Below are positions 9,932 to 20,129 of a stretch of 64,000 nt of DNA, one piece after another (the first letter of the stretch is position 1; each line of letters begins with the position of its first letter). Under the pieces are notes generated by a model, which was not told the origin of the DNA, did not search any database, and saw only the letters and a list, made by a program, of their open reading frames with translations. Position numbers and translations under genes: made by a program. The stretch is from Verrucomicrobiota bacterium (GTDB lineage: Bacteria; Verrucomicrobiota; Verrucomicrobiia; Limisphaerales; Palsa-1400), in contig JBEKYR010000018.1 in the NCBI GenBank assembly GCA_049510745.1, positions 27,584-91,583 of the forward strand, read 5' to 3'.

Positions 9932-10219
9932 ATGGCTAAAGCACTCTCAAAATCACAATTAGCGTCGGAACTGGCGGCCAAGTCTGGATTGACCAAAAAG
10001 GCCGGCGTCGAAATCCTGGACCATCTGGCGGCGCTGGCTTACAAACACGCCAAGAACACCTTCACCCTGCCCGGCATCGGCAAACTGGTTCTGCAAAACC
10101 GCAAGGCCCGTGTCGGCCGCAACCCGGCCACCGGCGCCACCATTCAAATTCCAGCCAAGAAAGTCGTCAAATTCCGCGTGGCCAAGGCCGCCAAAGACGC
10201 CATTCTTGGCGCCCGTTGA
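9932..10219 (+). CDS. hup: HU family DNA-binding protein
   Basis: RKARVGRNPATGATIQIPAKKVVKF signature. Confidence 0.92.
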   Translation: MAKALSKSQLASELAAKSGLTKKAGVEILDHLAALAYKHAKNTFTLPGIGKLVLQNRKARVGRNPATGATIQIPAKKVVKFRVAKAAKDAILGAR

Positions 10220-10236
10220 TTCTTCCCCGTCCCTTC

Positions 10237-10268
10237 AGGCACTCTGATCTTCTCGGAGTGCCTTTTTT
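10237..10268 (+). terminator. rho-independent terminator after HU
   Basis: aggcactctga...tcggagtgcct stem followed by a T tract. Confidence 0.7.
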
Positions 10269-10304
10269 GTTGTCAATGAGACGCCCGGAGAGCTTGCTGG
10301 CGGC

Positions 10305-11273
10305 ATGAAAATCGCGGTCGTCGGATGCGGAGCATTGGGAAGTTACTACGGCGCCAAGCTGTGCCAGCCGGGCCGTCAGGTTCATTTTCTGCTCCGCTCG
10401 GATTTTGAGGCTGTGCGCCGCGACGGCGTCCGCATCGAGAGCGCGGAAGAATCCCTCCACGTCCGGCCCGAGTGCGCGCGGCAGCCGGGGGAGATTGGCC
10501 CGTCCGACTTGGTGTTGATCTGCCTGAAAACGACCGCCAACCACGCTTTGCCCCACCTTCTGCCCCCGCTGGCCGGGCCTGACACCGCTTTTCTGACGTT
10601 GCAAAACGGTTTGGGCAACGAAGCCGCCGTCGCCGCCGCCGTCGGCGCGGAGCGCACCCTGGGCGGACTGTGCTTCGTTTGCTTGAACCGTGTTGCTCCG
10701 GGCAAAATCCGGCATTTGGCCCATGGGGCCGTGGTCATGGGCGAATATGGGCGTCCCCCGCAAGCGCGCACGGAAAGGATTGCCGCCATGTTCGCCGCGG
10801 CGGGCGTCCCCTGCACCGTGGCGGCCAACCTCGAACAAGCCCACTGGGAGAAACTGGTCTGGAATATCCCCTTCAACGGCCTGGGTGTCGCCGGGGCCGC
10901 CGGTTTGCAGGCCGTCACGCAAGGGCGGCTGGAGGCGGGCACGGCCTTGCGAACCTGTTTGACAACGAAGGACCTGCTCTCCGACCCGCGCTGGGAACAA
11001 CTGGTGCGCCAATTGATGCTGGAAATCATCGCCGCCGCGCGGGCCTTGGGCCTGGAGGTGCCCCAATTCACCGCTGACCGGCAGATCGAGCGCACGCGCC
11101 AAATGGGTGCCTACAAGGCCTCGACCTTGATCGACTTCGAATGCGGACGGGAACTGGAATTGGAAAACCTCTTCCTGGAACCGTTGCGCCAGGCCGTTCG
11201 AGCCGGAGTCCCCTGCCCGCGCCTTGCCGCCTTGTGTGCTCTTCTGCGCCAACTGGCCGCCCGCCAAACGTGA
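10305..11273 (+). CDS. panE: 2-dehydropantoate 2-reductase
   Basis: VVGCGALG, LQNGLGNE, WEKLVWNIPFN, ASTLID...ELE. Confidence 0.88.
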   Translation: MKIAVVGCGALGSYYGAKLCQPGRQVHFLLRSDFEAVRRDGVRIESAEESLHVRPECARQPGEIGPSDLVLICLKTTANHALPHLLPPLAGPDTAFLTLQNGLGNEAAVAAAVGAERTLGGLCFVCLNRVAPGKIRHLAHGAVVMGEYGRPPQARTERIAAMFAAAGVPCTVAANLEQAHWEKLVWNIPFNGLGVAGAAGLQAVTQGRLEAGTALRTCLTTKDLLSDPRWEQLVRQLMLEIIAAARALGLEVPQFTADRQIERTRQMGAYKASTLIDFECGRELELENLFLEPLRQAVRAGVPCPRLAALCALLRQLAARQT

Positions 11274-11421
11274 ACCCGGCCGCAACCGGGACCGGGCACG
11301 AACCGAACCGGGCAAGTTTGCGATGGAATACCTTACCGCGAAAACCATAAAACACCTCACAGACACCTTCTCTAATCCGAATTAAAGTCAGGCACGTTGG
11401 CAGCGTTCAACCCCGAACAAT

Positions 11422-11820
11422 ATGTGGATCAGAAAGTCAGCCAATGAAGTCCAAGCGGACCGTGACGCGACGCGGCGGCGAAATCTCTTGGCAGGGCTGG
11501 GCGTGCTACTCTTGTTGTGCGCCATCGTCTCCTCCCGCCCCGGTTGGAGCCATAACCCCGCGATCCGAATCTCCGCAGCCCTCTTTGCGGGCTTTCTCCT
11601 GCTGGCGTGGTATCAGCGCGCGCGCTGGAACCGGGTGCGATCGACCGTCCAAATCTGCGACCAATGCAACAAGGTCAACAGCTCCGATGGCAAAGGCGAG
11701 TGCGCCTGCGGCGGGAAGTTTAGACCCCTTGCTTCCATGAAGTGGATTGATTCGCCAGCGGATCACGCGGACAGGATTCCGACCGATCATCCCAAGGTCC
11801 TGGTGTCCGGCGCCACTTGA
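11422..11820 (+). CDS. hypothetical membrane protein with Cys cluster (CxxC...CxC)
   Basis: Two hydrophobic segments, then CDQC...CACGG. Confidence 0.6.
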   Translation: MWIRKSANEVQADRDATRRRNLLAGLGVLLLLCAIVSSRPGWSHNPAIRISAALFAGFLLLAWYQRARWNRVRSTVQICDQCNKVNSSDGKGECACGGKFRPLASMKWIDSPADHADRIPTDHPKVLVSGAT

Positions 11821-11983
11821 GGCGGATGGATTTCGCCCCAGCTTTTCCCGTTTTCCTCGCTCGATGCGGTACAGGCCGGGTTTGCGCACCCCGCCGCCTT
11901 GACTTTTTTCACAATCCACTGCATTTTCCAGGATGATGACAAGTGGGGTCCCCCTTGTAAGTCCTTTGCACGGAGAGTTTTCA

Positions 11984-13174
11984 ATGGAGAGCCAGACAGT
12001 TGCGACAGTTGTTCGTGAAGAAACCCCCACCGGTTATCTGCCGGCCCGCAGCCCTGCCGCCCCCCCGCCGCCAGTGGTGAAACCGAGGAAGAGTCTCCCA
12101 AGGCTTTTGGGCGAAATCCTGGCTCACGGCGGGCCGGGTTATTTACAGTTTGCCATCACCAATATCTGCAATGCCAAATGCGATTTCTGCGGATTCGCCG
12201 TCGATCGGTTCGATCCCCGCCGGCGCCGCAGCGTCACCCTCCGGCAGGCGCGCGATGTCATCGACATCTGCGTCAAAAACCACATCGGCTACCTCCTTTT
12301 TGTCGGCGGCGAGCCGCTGGTCCACAGGGAGCTCGGCCAAATGACGCGCTACGCGGCCGAACGAGGCATTCATCCCATGATCTGCACCAACGGCTCCCTC
12401 TGGACCCGGCAGAACGTGCGCGCCCTGGTCGCCGACGGCTTGAGCAGCGTCATCATGTCCATCGACGCCCACGACGTGGCGCGGCACGAGAAAAACCGGG
12501 GATTGCCCGATGTTTGCCGGAAGATACAGCGGGCCAACGCGCTTTTTGCGCAGCTTGGCGTGCAAACCACCGCCAGCGTCACGGCCAGCCGCCTGATTGA
12601 CCACTATGGGAAACTGCCCGATTTTCTGCGCGCCCTGGGGTTTGCCAGTTGCACTTTCAGCTATCCGCTGACCAGCCTGGCCTCCAGTTATTTGAGTTTC
12701 AGCGATTCCTCGCTCGTCAGTTACAAGACGGATGAATTGATCGAGGTCTTTGAAAAGATCAAACGGATGAAAGAACGCAGCGGCTACCCCGTGGTCAATC
12801 CGCGCGAATCCCTCACGGAGATGCAACGGCACCTGCGCAAAGAACCGGAGCGCTTTGGCTGCCTGGGCGGCCACAAGTATTTTTACCTCGATTGGAACCT
12901 CAATCTCTACCGCTGCCACGCCTGGGACAAGCCGATGTGCAACATCTACCAGTTCGACAAGACGAAACTGATCCGGGACGGCTGCACCAAGTGCATGATT
13001 GACTGCTACCGGGACCCGAGCGTCCTGCAATTTGTGGCCGTCAGCGCCAGCGACGCCTTTCAGAACCTGAAGAAGGGCAGGCTGACCGCCGCCGCCAAAA
13101 ACATCCTGGACTCCCGCAACCTGGTCTCGCTCCGCGCCGTTTGGGAAAACCGCCACTGGATCGGCAAGGTTTGA
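11984..13174 (+). CDS. radical SAM protein with C-terminal Cys-rich (SPASM/twitch-like) region
   Basis: CNAKCDFC, GGEPL, CTNG; C-terminal C...C...CTKCMIDC; GGAGAG RBS before ATG 11984. Confidence 0.85.
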   Translation: MESQTVATVVREETPTGYLPARSPAAPPPPVVKPRKSLPRLLGEILAHGGPGYLQFAITNICNAKCDFCGFAVDRFDPRRRRSVTLRQARDVIDICVKNHIGYLLFVGGEPLVHRELGQMTRYAAERGIHPMICTNGSLWTRQNVRALVADGLSSVIMSIDAHDVARHEKNRGLPDVCRKIQRANALFAQLGVQTTASVTASRLIDHYGKLPDFLRALGFASCTFSYPLTSLASSYLSFSDSSLVSYKTDELIEVFEKIKRMKERSGYPVVNPRESLTEMQRHLRKEPERFGCLGGHKYFYLDWNLNLYRCHAWDKPMCNIYQFDKTKLIRDGCTKCMIDCYRDPSVLQFVAVSASDAFQNLKKGRLTAAAKNILDSRNLVSLRAVWENRHWIGKV

Positions 13175-13251
13175 GACAAGTCCCAACTTGACATTTATGC
13201 GGCGTTCCCCCAGAACGTCGCCCAGCGCCGGAGAACCGGCCTCATGAGAAA

Positions 13252-13473
13252 ATGAGTTTCAGCATGAATTCACTGCGCCCCGCTTGGAGTTCGTTTGTCA
13301 ACCAGCAGTGGGGATTCATTTTGCTGGAGGTGGTGGCCGGTCTCGCCATCCTCTTCGCGCTCTTCCTGCTGGTGGACACGTGCCTCGCTTGGAGAAATAA
13401 GCGGCGCATGATAAAAGAGTTTCAACGCGAACGGCAACAGATGAACGGCGACGGTCTTCCCCCCCGATCCTGA
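13252..13473 (+). CDS. small single-TM hypothetical protein
   Basis: Hydrophobic segment followed by a basic tail; TTGACA upstream. Confidence 0.5.
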   Translation: MSFSMNSLRPAWSSFVNQQWGFILLEVVAGLAILFALFLLVDTCLAWRNKRRMIKEFQRERQQMNGDGLPPRS

Positions 13474-13623
13474 GCAGCGCTTCCCAGGCAACTGAACGAA
13501 GCAGCGGCCAGCCACCCCTGTTCCCGCTGTTGACAAGGGGCGGCGGCCTGGATCGGCCAGGGCTGAATCGTTCCGTGACAAATTGCTTGGTTGCCGGCTC
13601 GGACAACCTTATAGTCCGTGCCC

Positions 13624-14109
13624 ATGGTTCATGTCGGCATCGGTTATGATGTGCATCCGCTGGTGCAGGGGCGCAAACTGGTCCTGGGCGGTGTGGAAAT
13701 CCCGTACAGCAAAGGTCTGGACGGGCATTCGGATGCCGATGTCTTAATGCATGCTTTGTGCGACGCGGTGTTGGGCGCTCTGGGAGAGCAGGACATCGGG
13801 ACGTTTTTCCCCAATACCGATCCACGCTGGCGGGGGGCGGCAAGCAAGGTCTTTTTGCAGGAGGTCGCCCGGCAGGTTAACTTCCGCAACGGCAGGATCA
13901 TCAACGTCGATGCCACCGTGATCGCGCAACAACCCAGATTGATGCCCCACGCCGCCGCGATGAAATTGAACATCGCCCAGGCCCTGGGCATCCAGCCGAA
14001 GAAGGTCGGCATCAAAGCCACCACGAATGAATTTTTGGGGTTTATTGGCCGCGAGGAAGGCATCGCCGCCATGGCCGTGGCCAGCGTGGATTTGCCGGAT
14101 GAAACCTAA
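13624..14109 (+). CDS. ispF: 2-C-methyl-D-erythritol 2,4-cyclodiphosphate synthase
   Basis: GIGYDVH, GHSDADV, DIGTFFP, KATTNE.LGF.GR.EG. Confidence 0.95.
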   Translation: MVHVGIGYDVHPLVQGRKLVLGGVEIPYSKGLDGHSDADVLMHALCDAVLGALGEQDIGTFFPNTDPRWRGAASKVFLQEVARQVNFRNGRIINVDATVIAQQPRLMPHAAAMKLNIAQALGIQPKKVGIKATTNEFLGFIGREEGIAAMAVASVDLPDET

Positions 14110-14378
14110 TGCCCAAAGCCGAAATCAGTTGGAAACGCACCACGACCGACGGCGCCACGCTGCAATGTTACGCCCAACACGTCGGCCGGCAGTGGGTCTT
14201 TTTCCGCCGCGAAAAACGCTTCGACTGCTGGCAGGAAACGGCCCGTCCCCCGCTGGAGGATTGGCTGGCCTTGCTGGACGCCGTGCGGCGGCGCATCCAC
14301 CGCCGGCTCTTGCGCCCGGAAGAAGAAGGGCGCGTGCGCAAAACCATTCTCGAACGTTTTCCCGGAACAGAAATCTGA
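14109..14378 (+). CDS. hypothetical protein
   Basis: ATG overlaps the ispF stop (TAATG); 89 aa. Confidence 0.7.
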   Translation: MPKAEISWKRTTTDGATLQCYAQHVGRQWVFFRREKRFDCWQETARPPLEDWLALLDAVRRRIHRRLLRPEEEGRVRKTILERFPGTEI

Positions 14379-14397
14379 AGCACCGCCCCGCCCTGCC

Positions 14398-15159
14398 ATG
14401 AAACAACGGCCCGTCATTTTGGTCACGCCCAGCACCGAACACAAAGGCGCCGAGTTCGCCGACGCGTCCATCAGCCTCTCCAATCGCTACACCGACGCGG
14501 TCATTGCCGCCGGGGGTTTGCCGCAGGTGTTTCCCGCCACCACTTCCAAATCCGTCATCGAAGAAGCGGTGCGAAGATGCGATGGCGTGCTGATGACCGG
14601 TGGAGATGACATTGACCCGAAGCTCTATGCCCCGGATTTGCCGGAGGCGCTGGCCAAAACGGTCGGGCCGCTGGAACCGGAGCGCGACGTCTGGGAAAAG
14701 GACCTGATCGCCGAAGTTTTCCGGCAACAAAAGCCGCTCTTTGGCATTTGCCGGGGCCACCAAATGCTTAACGTCGCCCTGGGCGGCACCTTGCTGGTGG
14801 ATATTCGGTCGCAGAGGCCCGACGCCTTGAACCACCACCGCATGGACCGCAAAATGGAGCCGGTGCATGAAGTGACCATCACGCCGGAATCGCTCCTGGG
14901 CAAAATCACCGGCCGCCAAACCCTGGCGGTCAACAGCACCCACCACCAAGCCGTCGGCGCACTCGCCCCGCCGTTGCGCGCCGTGGCCGAGAGCGCCGAC
15001 GGGATCGTCGAGGCGTTGGAATTGAAGGAGCCGGGGCGGCAGCCGTTTCTGCTGACCGTGCAGTTTCATCCGGAGCGATTGATTGACGGCAACGGGGTGT
15101 TCCTGCAATTATTCAGGAGCTTCGTCGAAGCCTGCGTTCGGCGCCAGAAAAGCCTATGA
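14398..15159 (+). CDS. peptidase C26 / gamma-glutamyl-gamma-aminobutyrate hydrolase family
   Basis: TGGDDIDP, GICRGHQ, NSTHHQAV, VQFHPE. Confidence 0.9.
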   Translation: MKQRPVILVTPSTEHKGAEFADASISLSNRYTDAVIAAGGLPQVFPATTSKSVIEEAVRRCDGVLMTGGDDIDPKLYAPDLPEALAKTVGPLEPERDVWEKDLIAEVFRQQKPLFGICRGHQMLNVALGGTLLVDIRSQRPDALNHHRMDRKMEPVHEVTITPESLLGKITGRQTLAVNSTHHQAVGALAPPLRAVAESADGIVEALELKEPGRQPFLLTVQFHPERLIDGNGVFLQLFRSFVEACVRRQKSL

Positions 15160-16493
15160 AAGCAAAGATCATGGTGGTCGATGATACCGAAGGGGTGCGA
15201 GACCTCCTTGTCACCCTTTTGGAGCATAATGACTACGAACCACTTCCGAAAGCCAACGCGGCGCAATTGCTCGCCTCCTTCTCCGAGCCTCAGCCGGATG
15301 TCATCCTGCTGGACCTGAAATTGCCGGATGGCGACGGACTCGAGTTGTTGCCGCAAATCAAGAAGCAATGGCCCGACACCGAAGTCATCATGCTTACGGG
15401 GCACGCCACCTTCGACGTGGCGGTGGAAGCAACCAAACGCGGGGCGTATCATTTCCAAAGTAAACCGTTCGATACGAAAATACTGCTCGTTTCCTTGGAA
15501 CGGGCAATCGAGCACCGGCAGTTGAGTCTCCAAACCAGTTCGCTGCGCAAGGCGCTGGCGACCATGAGCGGCGGCGCCGCGCCGGTCTTTCAAAGCCCGT
15601 CCATGAAGGAGGTGGTGCGCACCATCGAACGGATCGCGCCGAGCGACGTTTCCATTTTGATCACGGGCGAAAGCGGCACGGGCAAGGAAGTCATTGCCGA
15701 CCTGATCCATAACCTCAGCCCGCGCAACAAAGGGCCGTTGATCAAGATCAATTGCGCGGCGTTGCCGCGGGAATTGATCGAGAGCGAGCTGTTCGGCTCG
15801 GTCAAGGGCGCCTTTACGGGCGCGAACGTGGACCGGGAAGGGTTGTTCCGCCAGGCCGAGGGCGGCACGCTCCTGCTGGACGAGATTTCCGAGATGCCCA
15901 TCGACACCCAGAGCAAACTCCTGCGCGTCTTGCAGGAGAAGGAAGTCCGGCCCGTCGGCGGTCGCTCCAGCTACAAAAGCGATTGCCGCATTATCGCCGC
16001 CACCAACCGCCAGACCGAGGATGCGATCAAGGCGGGCAAATTGCGCGAGGACCTTTATTACCGCATCAGCGCCATCTCCGTCCATCTGCCGCCCTTGCGC
16101 GAGCGGCGCGAGGACATCCTGCCGCTGGCGACGGCGTTCCTGAAGCGGTTCGACGCGCAGGCGGGCCGCAACCTCAGCGGCTTCAGCCCGCCGGCGAGCG
16201 AGGCGCTGCGGGCCTTCGATTGGCCGGGCAACGTGCGCCAATTGCAGAACGAAATCCAGCGCGCCGTGTTGATGTCGGAAGGAACTACCATTAACGAGAG
16301 CGACCTCTCCATCGCCGCCCAGGCCAGCGCCAAGGCCAACCCGGACCTGACGCTGATGGAGGCGATGGAGCGCAACGCCATCCTGCAAATGCTCAAGGAC
16401 ACCGGCGGCAACAAACTGGAAACGGCCAAGCGCCTGGGCATCGGCCGCCAGACGCTTTACAATAAGATCAAAATGTACGGCATCGAGGCGTGA
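15156..16493 (+). CDS. sigma54-dependent response regulator (NtrC family)
   Basis: Receiver domain (DD, D, K), GESGTGKE, GAFTGA, WPGNVRQL, C-terminal Fis-type HTH. Confidence 0.93.
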   Translation: MKAKIMVVDDTEGVRDLLVTLLEHNDYEPLPKANAAQLLASFSEPQPDVILLDLKLPDGDGLELLPQIKKQWPDTEVIMLTGHATFDVAVEATKRGAYHFQSKPFDTKILLVSLERAIEHRQLSLQTSSLRKALATMSGGAAPVFQSPSMKEVVRTIERIAPSDVSILITGESGTGKEVIADLIHNLSPRNKGPLIKINCAALPRELIESELFGSVKGAFTGANVDREGLFRQAEGGTLLLDEISEMPIDTQSKLLRVLQEKEVRPVGGRSSYKSDCRIIAATNRQTEDAIKAGKLREDLYYRISAISVHLPPLRERREDILPLATAFLKRFDAQAGRNLSGFSPPASEALRAFDWPGNVRQLQNEIQRAVLMSEGTTINESDLSIAAQASAKANPDLTLMEAMERNAILQMLKDTGGNKLETAKRLGIGRQTLYNKIKMYGIEA

Positions 16494-16559
16494 GAAAACG
16501 CGCTCGTTCCGGCCGCCGGCGGGCGATTTGTTTGCAGCTTCACGTGACCAACATATCAT

Positions 16560-16889
16560 TCAGGCTGTCTGCAATTTCTCTTTCCGTGGCAGGAAGCGGA
16601 TTTCAACGCGCTTATTCACCGCTGCCGCGATTCGTTTGAGCATCGTAAGAGAGTGCCCTTCGTAATCGGAATCTTCGAGGCGGCTAATCACCGAGGCGGT
16701 TGTTCCGATCAACTTGGCAAGCCGCTCTTGCGTCAAGCCCGCTTGCTCTCTTAGCTCGTAAATCTTCCGTGCAAGCTCATCCTCGGCTCTGGCTTGCTCG
16801 AGTTGTGCCGTGCGGTCTGGTTTGCCGTCATAATAGCGGCGATGCAGAATTTGCACCGCGTTCGATGTTGCGTTTCTCTTTTTTGGCAT
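16560..16889 (-). CDS. XRE-family HTH protein (orphan antitoxin-like)
   Basis: LREQAGLTQERLAKLIGTTASVISRLE...YEGHSL. Confidence 0.8.
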   Translation of the reverse strand: MPKKRNATSNAVQILHRRYYDGKPDRTAQLEQARAEDELARKIYELREQAGLTQERLAKLIGTTASVISRLEDSDYEGHSLTMLKRIAAAVNKRVEIRFLPRKEKLQTA

Positions 16890-16923
16890 ATTCACTCCTC
16901 CAGAATGAAGCTTTGAGAAAACT

Positions 16924-17736
16924 CTAATCGTGTCCGGCCCTTCGCGCGGCGCGGGCGATGCGCTCCAGTTTTGCGCGCAACAGGCCGTTGCTGGCCAGCA
17001 TGCGGTACTGGCTGGCCACGGGCAGCGGACGATGCCAGAACTCGCCGCCCGCGCATTCCAGAATCAAACCGGCGGCGGCGATGTCCCATAACGAAACGCC
17101 CGATTCAATGTAGGCGTCAAACCGGCCGCTGGCCACGTAGGCGAGCGAAAGGGCGGCCGCGCCCATCATGCGGATTTTGCGCACGCGCCGGACCAGGAGG
17201 TTGAAGACGGGCAGATTGTCGTTGACGCTTTTCTCGCTCTTGGAAAAGCCGATGGCGACAATCGCTTCGGCCAATTTCGTCCGGCGGCTGGCGTGGATGA
17301 TCCGGCCGTTCAAGCGGGCCGGCCCGCCGCGGAGGCCGGTCCAGAGTTCGTCGCAAAACGGATCATAGACCACCCCGGCCACGGTCGAGAATTCGGCGTC
17401 CGGGCCGGGCCGGGTCTGCAAGGCAATGGAGACGCAGGCGTGAGGCACGCCGTAAGTGAAGTTGACGGTGCCGTCAATCGGATCGACGACCCAGCGCGCA
17501 TTGGCGTTTTCATTTCCAGCCGCGCCTTCCTCGCCCAGCACGGCCGAGTCTGGAAAAGCTGACAACAAGATTTTCTCGATCACCTTCTGGCAGCGCACGT
17601 CCAATTCCAGCTTGATGTCGTGCTGGGATTGCTGGTTGATCTTTTTGGGCGAGGCCCGGTTGCGCCGCATCAGGCGGCCGGCGGCGCGGGCGGCGCGGGT
17701 GGCGCACTTGAGCGCCTTGGATGGGTTGGGGTTCAT
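16924..17736 (-). CDS. inositol monophosphatase family protein
   Basis: GEE, WVVDPIDGTVNF, WDIAAA. Confidence 0.92.
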   Translation of the reverse strand: MNPNPSKALKCATRAARAAGRLMRRNRASPKKINQQSQHDIKLELDVRCQKVIEKILLSAFPDSAVLGEEGAAGNENANARWVVDPIDGTVNFTYGVPHACVSIALQTRPGPDAEFSTVAGVVYDPFCDELWTGLRGGPARLNGRIIHASRRTKLAEAIVAIGFSKSEKSVNDNLPVFNLLVRRVRKIRMMGAAALSLAYVASGRFDAYIESGVSLWDIAAAGLILECAGGEFWHRPLPVASQYRMLASNGLLRAKLERIARAARRAGHD

Positions 17737-19190
17737 TTGGCTTCCTCCACGCTCAAGCTGTAGGAGAAATGGTCAAAATAGATGTTGCCGCCCGTCCACT
17801 CCAATTCACCGCGCTGAAAATCGACATCGTCCGAGCGCATCGTTTTCTTGGGCGGGTCCAGCTCCTGGCAATGGTCGCTGTTGGCGGCCATGCGGAAGTA
17901 ATCGAGGCCGCCGAAATAGAAATCGCGCAGTTCCACCCGCTCCGGCGCTGTCAATGCGGCGCAGTATTGCGCGGCGTAGATACCCGCCCACGGGTCCACC
18001 GGCACCCAGCCGTAGGGATCGAGCCAGATTTCCGTCCAATCATGAATGTCCTTGGCGCCGGGGAAAATGTTCCAGCCGCTCTGCCACCGGGCCGGGATGC
18101 CTTGGGCGCGGCAAAGCGTGATAAAAAGCAAGGCCTCCTGGCCGCAATCCCCGTAACGGTGCTCCAGGCAATAATCGCCGAGGTTGGTCAACGTCGAATA
18201 CTCGCGGGCAAAGCTGTATTGAATGTTCCCGCTGATCCAGTCGTAAAAGGCCTTCGCCTGCAACATCGGGTTGGTTTCCGTTCCAACGATCTCGCCCGCC
18301 AGTTTTTTAATTTTGTCGGTGAACACGACATGCGGCGCTTCCCGCGTGTATTTCGCCAGGACCGGGTCGCTCAAATCCGCCCGGCGCACCTTTTCCGGCT
18401 TGAGGTCAAAAAACACGCCGCGAGCCGTGTAGCTGTAAATGATCTGGAACTGCGTCGGCCCGTCCGGCGAGGCCGGCTGCTCCAGGAAAACCGACCGGAT
18501 GGGGCTGGTTTCGGCCGCCAACGCCAGGACCGGCGCGGAATTGCTCAAGAGCCTGAATTCATCCTGAAATGGATACTGGCGCGGGATCGGCAGCCAGGCG
18601 CGGACCGTCTCCCCGGCCGGCGCCGCTTCGTGCGCCGCCGTGACGGTCATCGTGCAAACAAAACGATGCGGCAGCACATAGGGAGTCCCCTGCGCGCGCG
18701 CGGCCTGTTTGATCGCCCGGCTGATTTCCAGCCGTCCTTTCGGCTCGGGCGAATCATCCCTGCCATCCAGCAGGCGGGCCTTCAACTCCGGATGACGGAA
18801 ATATAAATTTTTGACACTCGTGTCAACAAAAAACGTCTGGCCGTCGATGACCCTGCCGTCGAACCAGCCGGCGGCCAGCCATTGCTTGAACTCCCGCCGG
18901 CGCAAGTTTTTGACGGAAGCACCCAGTTTTTTGAACAGTCCATCCCGGGTGAGCGAGTAATCGTGCTTGATGCGCCGGAGAACGTCGCGCTGGAAGGCGA
19001 GTTGTTTCTGGTCGGCCGCCGCCAAATCCGGCGCGGCGAGCGCGCGGTCCAGGACGGCCGCCGCGCGTTTGAAATCGCCGCGCTCGCGCAGGTCGGCGGC
19101 TTGCTGGAGGGCCGGCCCGGCGCTGGACGCCGCGCGGGCCATTCCGCAACCCATCAAAAAAACCGCCAGTGTGACTTTTGCGCGCCGCAT
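17733..19190 (-). CDS. secreted transglutaminase-like domain protein
   Basis: Signal peptide; GDCG...CRAQGIPAR...HDWTE...GWVPVDP (C-H-D triad). Confidence 0.85.
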   Translation of the reverse strand: MRRAKVTLAVFLMGCGMARAASSAGPALQQAADLRERGDFKRAAAVLDRALAAPDLAAADQKQLAFQRDVLRRIKHDYSLTRDGLFKKLGASVKNLRRREFKQWLAAGWFDGRVIDGQTFFVDTSVKNLYFRHPELKARLLDGRDDSPEPKGRLEISRAIKQAARAQGTPYVLPHRFVCTMTVTAAHEAAPAGETVRAWLPIPRQYPFQDEFRLLSNSAPVLALAAETSPIRSVFLEQPASPDGPTQFQIIYSYTARGVFFDLKPEKVRRADLSDPVLAKYTREAPHVVFTDKIKKLAGEIVGTETNPMLQAKAFYDWISGNIQYSFAREYSTLTNLGDYCLEHRYGDCGQEALLFITLCRAQGIPARWQSGWNIFPGAKDIHDWTEIWLDPYGWVPVDPWAGIYAAQYCAALTAPERVELRDFYFGGLDYFRMAANSDHCQELDPPKKTMRSDDVDFQRGELEWTGGNIYFDHFSYSLSVEEAK

Positions 19191-19238
19191 GACAGGTGTC
19201 AGGCTAATGCGCCCGGGGGACGATTTCGAGGTATTTCG

Positions 19239-19361
19239 GTAATGCGTCAGTGACGGCGGGCCTGGGAATGGTAGGGTCGCCTCGCCGAGGCGACCACCCG
19301 GCAAGAACCACCCTCGGACGGCTCGGCGAGCCGTCCCTACCATCCATCACTGACGCATTAC
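19239..19361. mobile_element. 123-bp MITE with IS66-like ends
   Basis: 18-bp TIRs gtaatgcgtcagtgacgg / ccatcactgacgcattac (17/18 match), flanked by 8-bp direct repeats gtatttcg (19231-19238, 19362-19369). Confidence 0.8.
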
Positions 19362-19420
19362 GTATTTCGTAGTTGGCCATCTGCGGGCAGTGGATACCCC
19401 CCCTCCCCCTGTTGTTGTGG

Positions 19421-19480
19421 GGTTTGATTTAGTCTGATTTAGTCTGATTTAGTTTGATTTTTGGCTTGATTCGGCTTGAT
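19421..19480. repeat. 10-bp period tandem repeats
   Basis: ggtttgattt agtctgattt agtctgattt agtttgattt, then ttggcttgat tcggcttgat. Confidence 0.7.
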
Positions 19481-20129
19481 GGAAACCTGCTGGAAGGGGC
19501 CGGACCGGCAAATTTTGCCGGTGGAACGCCGGGCCGGATGGCGGGCGACGGGTTGCCGGCGGATCGGCTGGAGCCGAAGCCCGTCCTCCCCCATGTGATG
19601 ATTACCAGTTTCATCAAATGAGGAATTATCACGTTTTTTTGGAATATGCAAGAGCAATCTATCGAAAAGTTGTGAAGTCAGAATCAGTGAATCAGTGAGT
19701 GGGGCGATGGAGGCTGGGAATTGCCACGATAGGGCACAAAAAGAGCGGGCGGGGAGTTGGCCGAAGGGATTGACCGGGAGTTTCTGAATTTCCCGCCGGC
19801 CGCTCGATGGTTTTCCGCCGGTGCTGTCGGAAGGATTGAAAAAACGATTGTTTGAGCCGCCGCCGCGTTCGCTGAAATCAACGAGAAAAGTTAAAAACCG
19901 GGCGAGCCTATGGGTGCCTCCTGCGACAAAAGCGAACCAAACTATGGGTTGATAAACATTTCATTTTGCCTTTATTTCCCTGGTGATTAGGGCGGCGAAT
20001 TCGATGTCGCGATAAAATATGCGATTATGCGGGACTGACCTGTTTTCCGGCAGGTGATGTTTTGTTCGATGAATAACCAGCGATCAAATTTGCAGTCCAC
20101 ACCAACCATTTACATGGAAAAGACAATGG

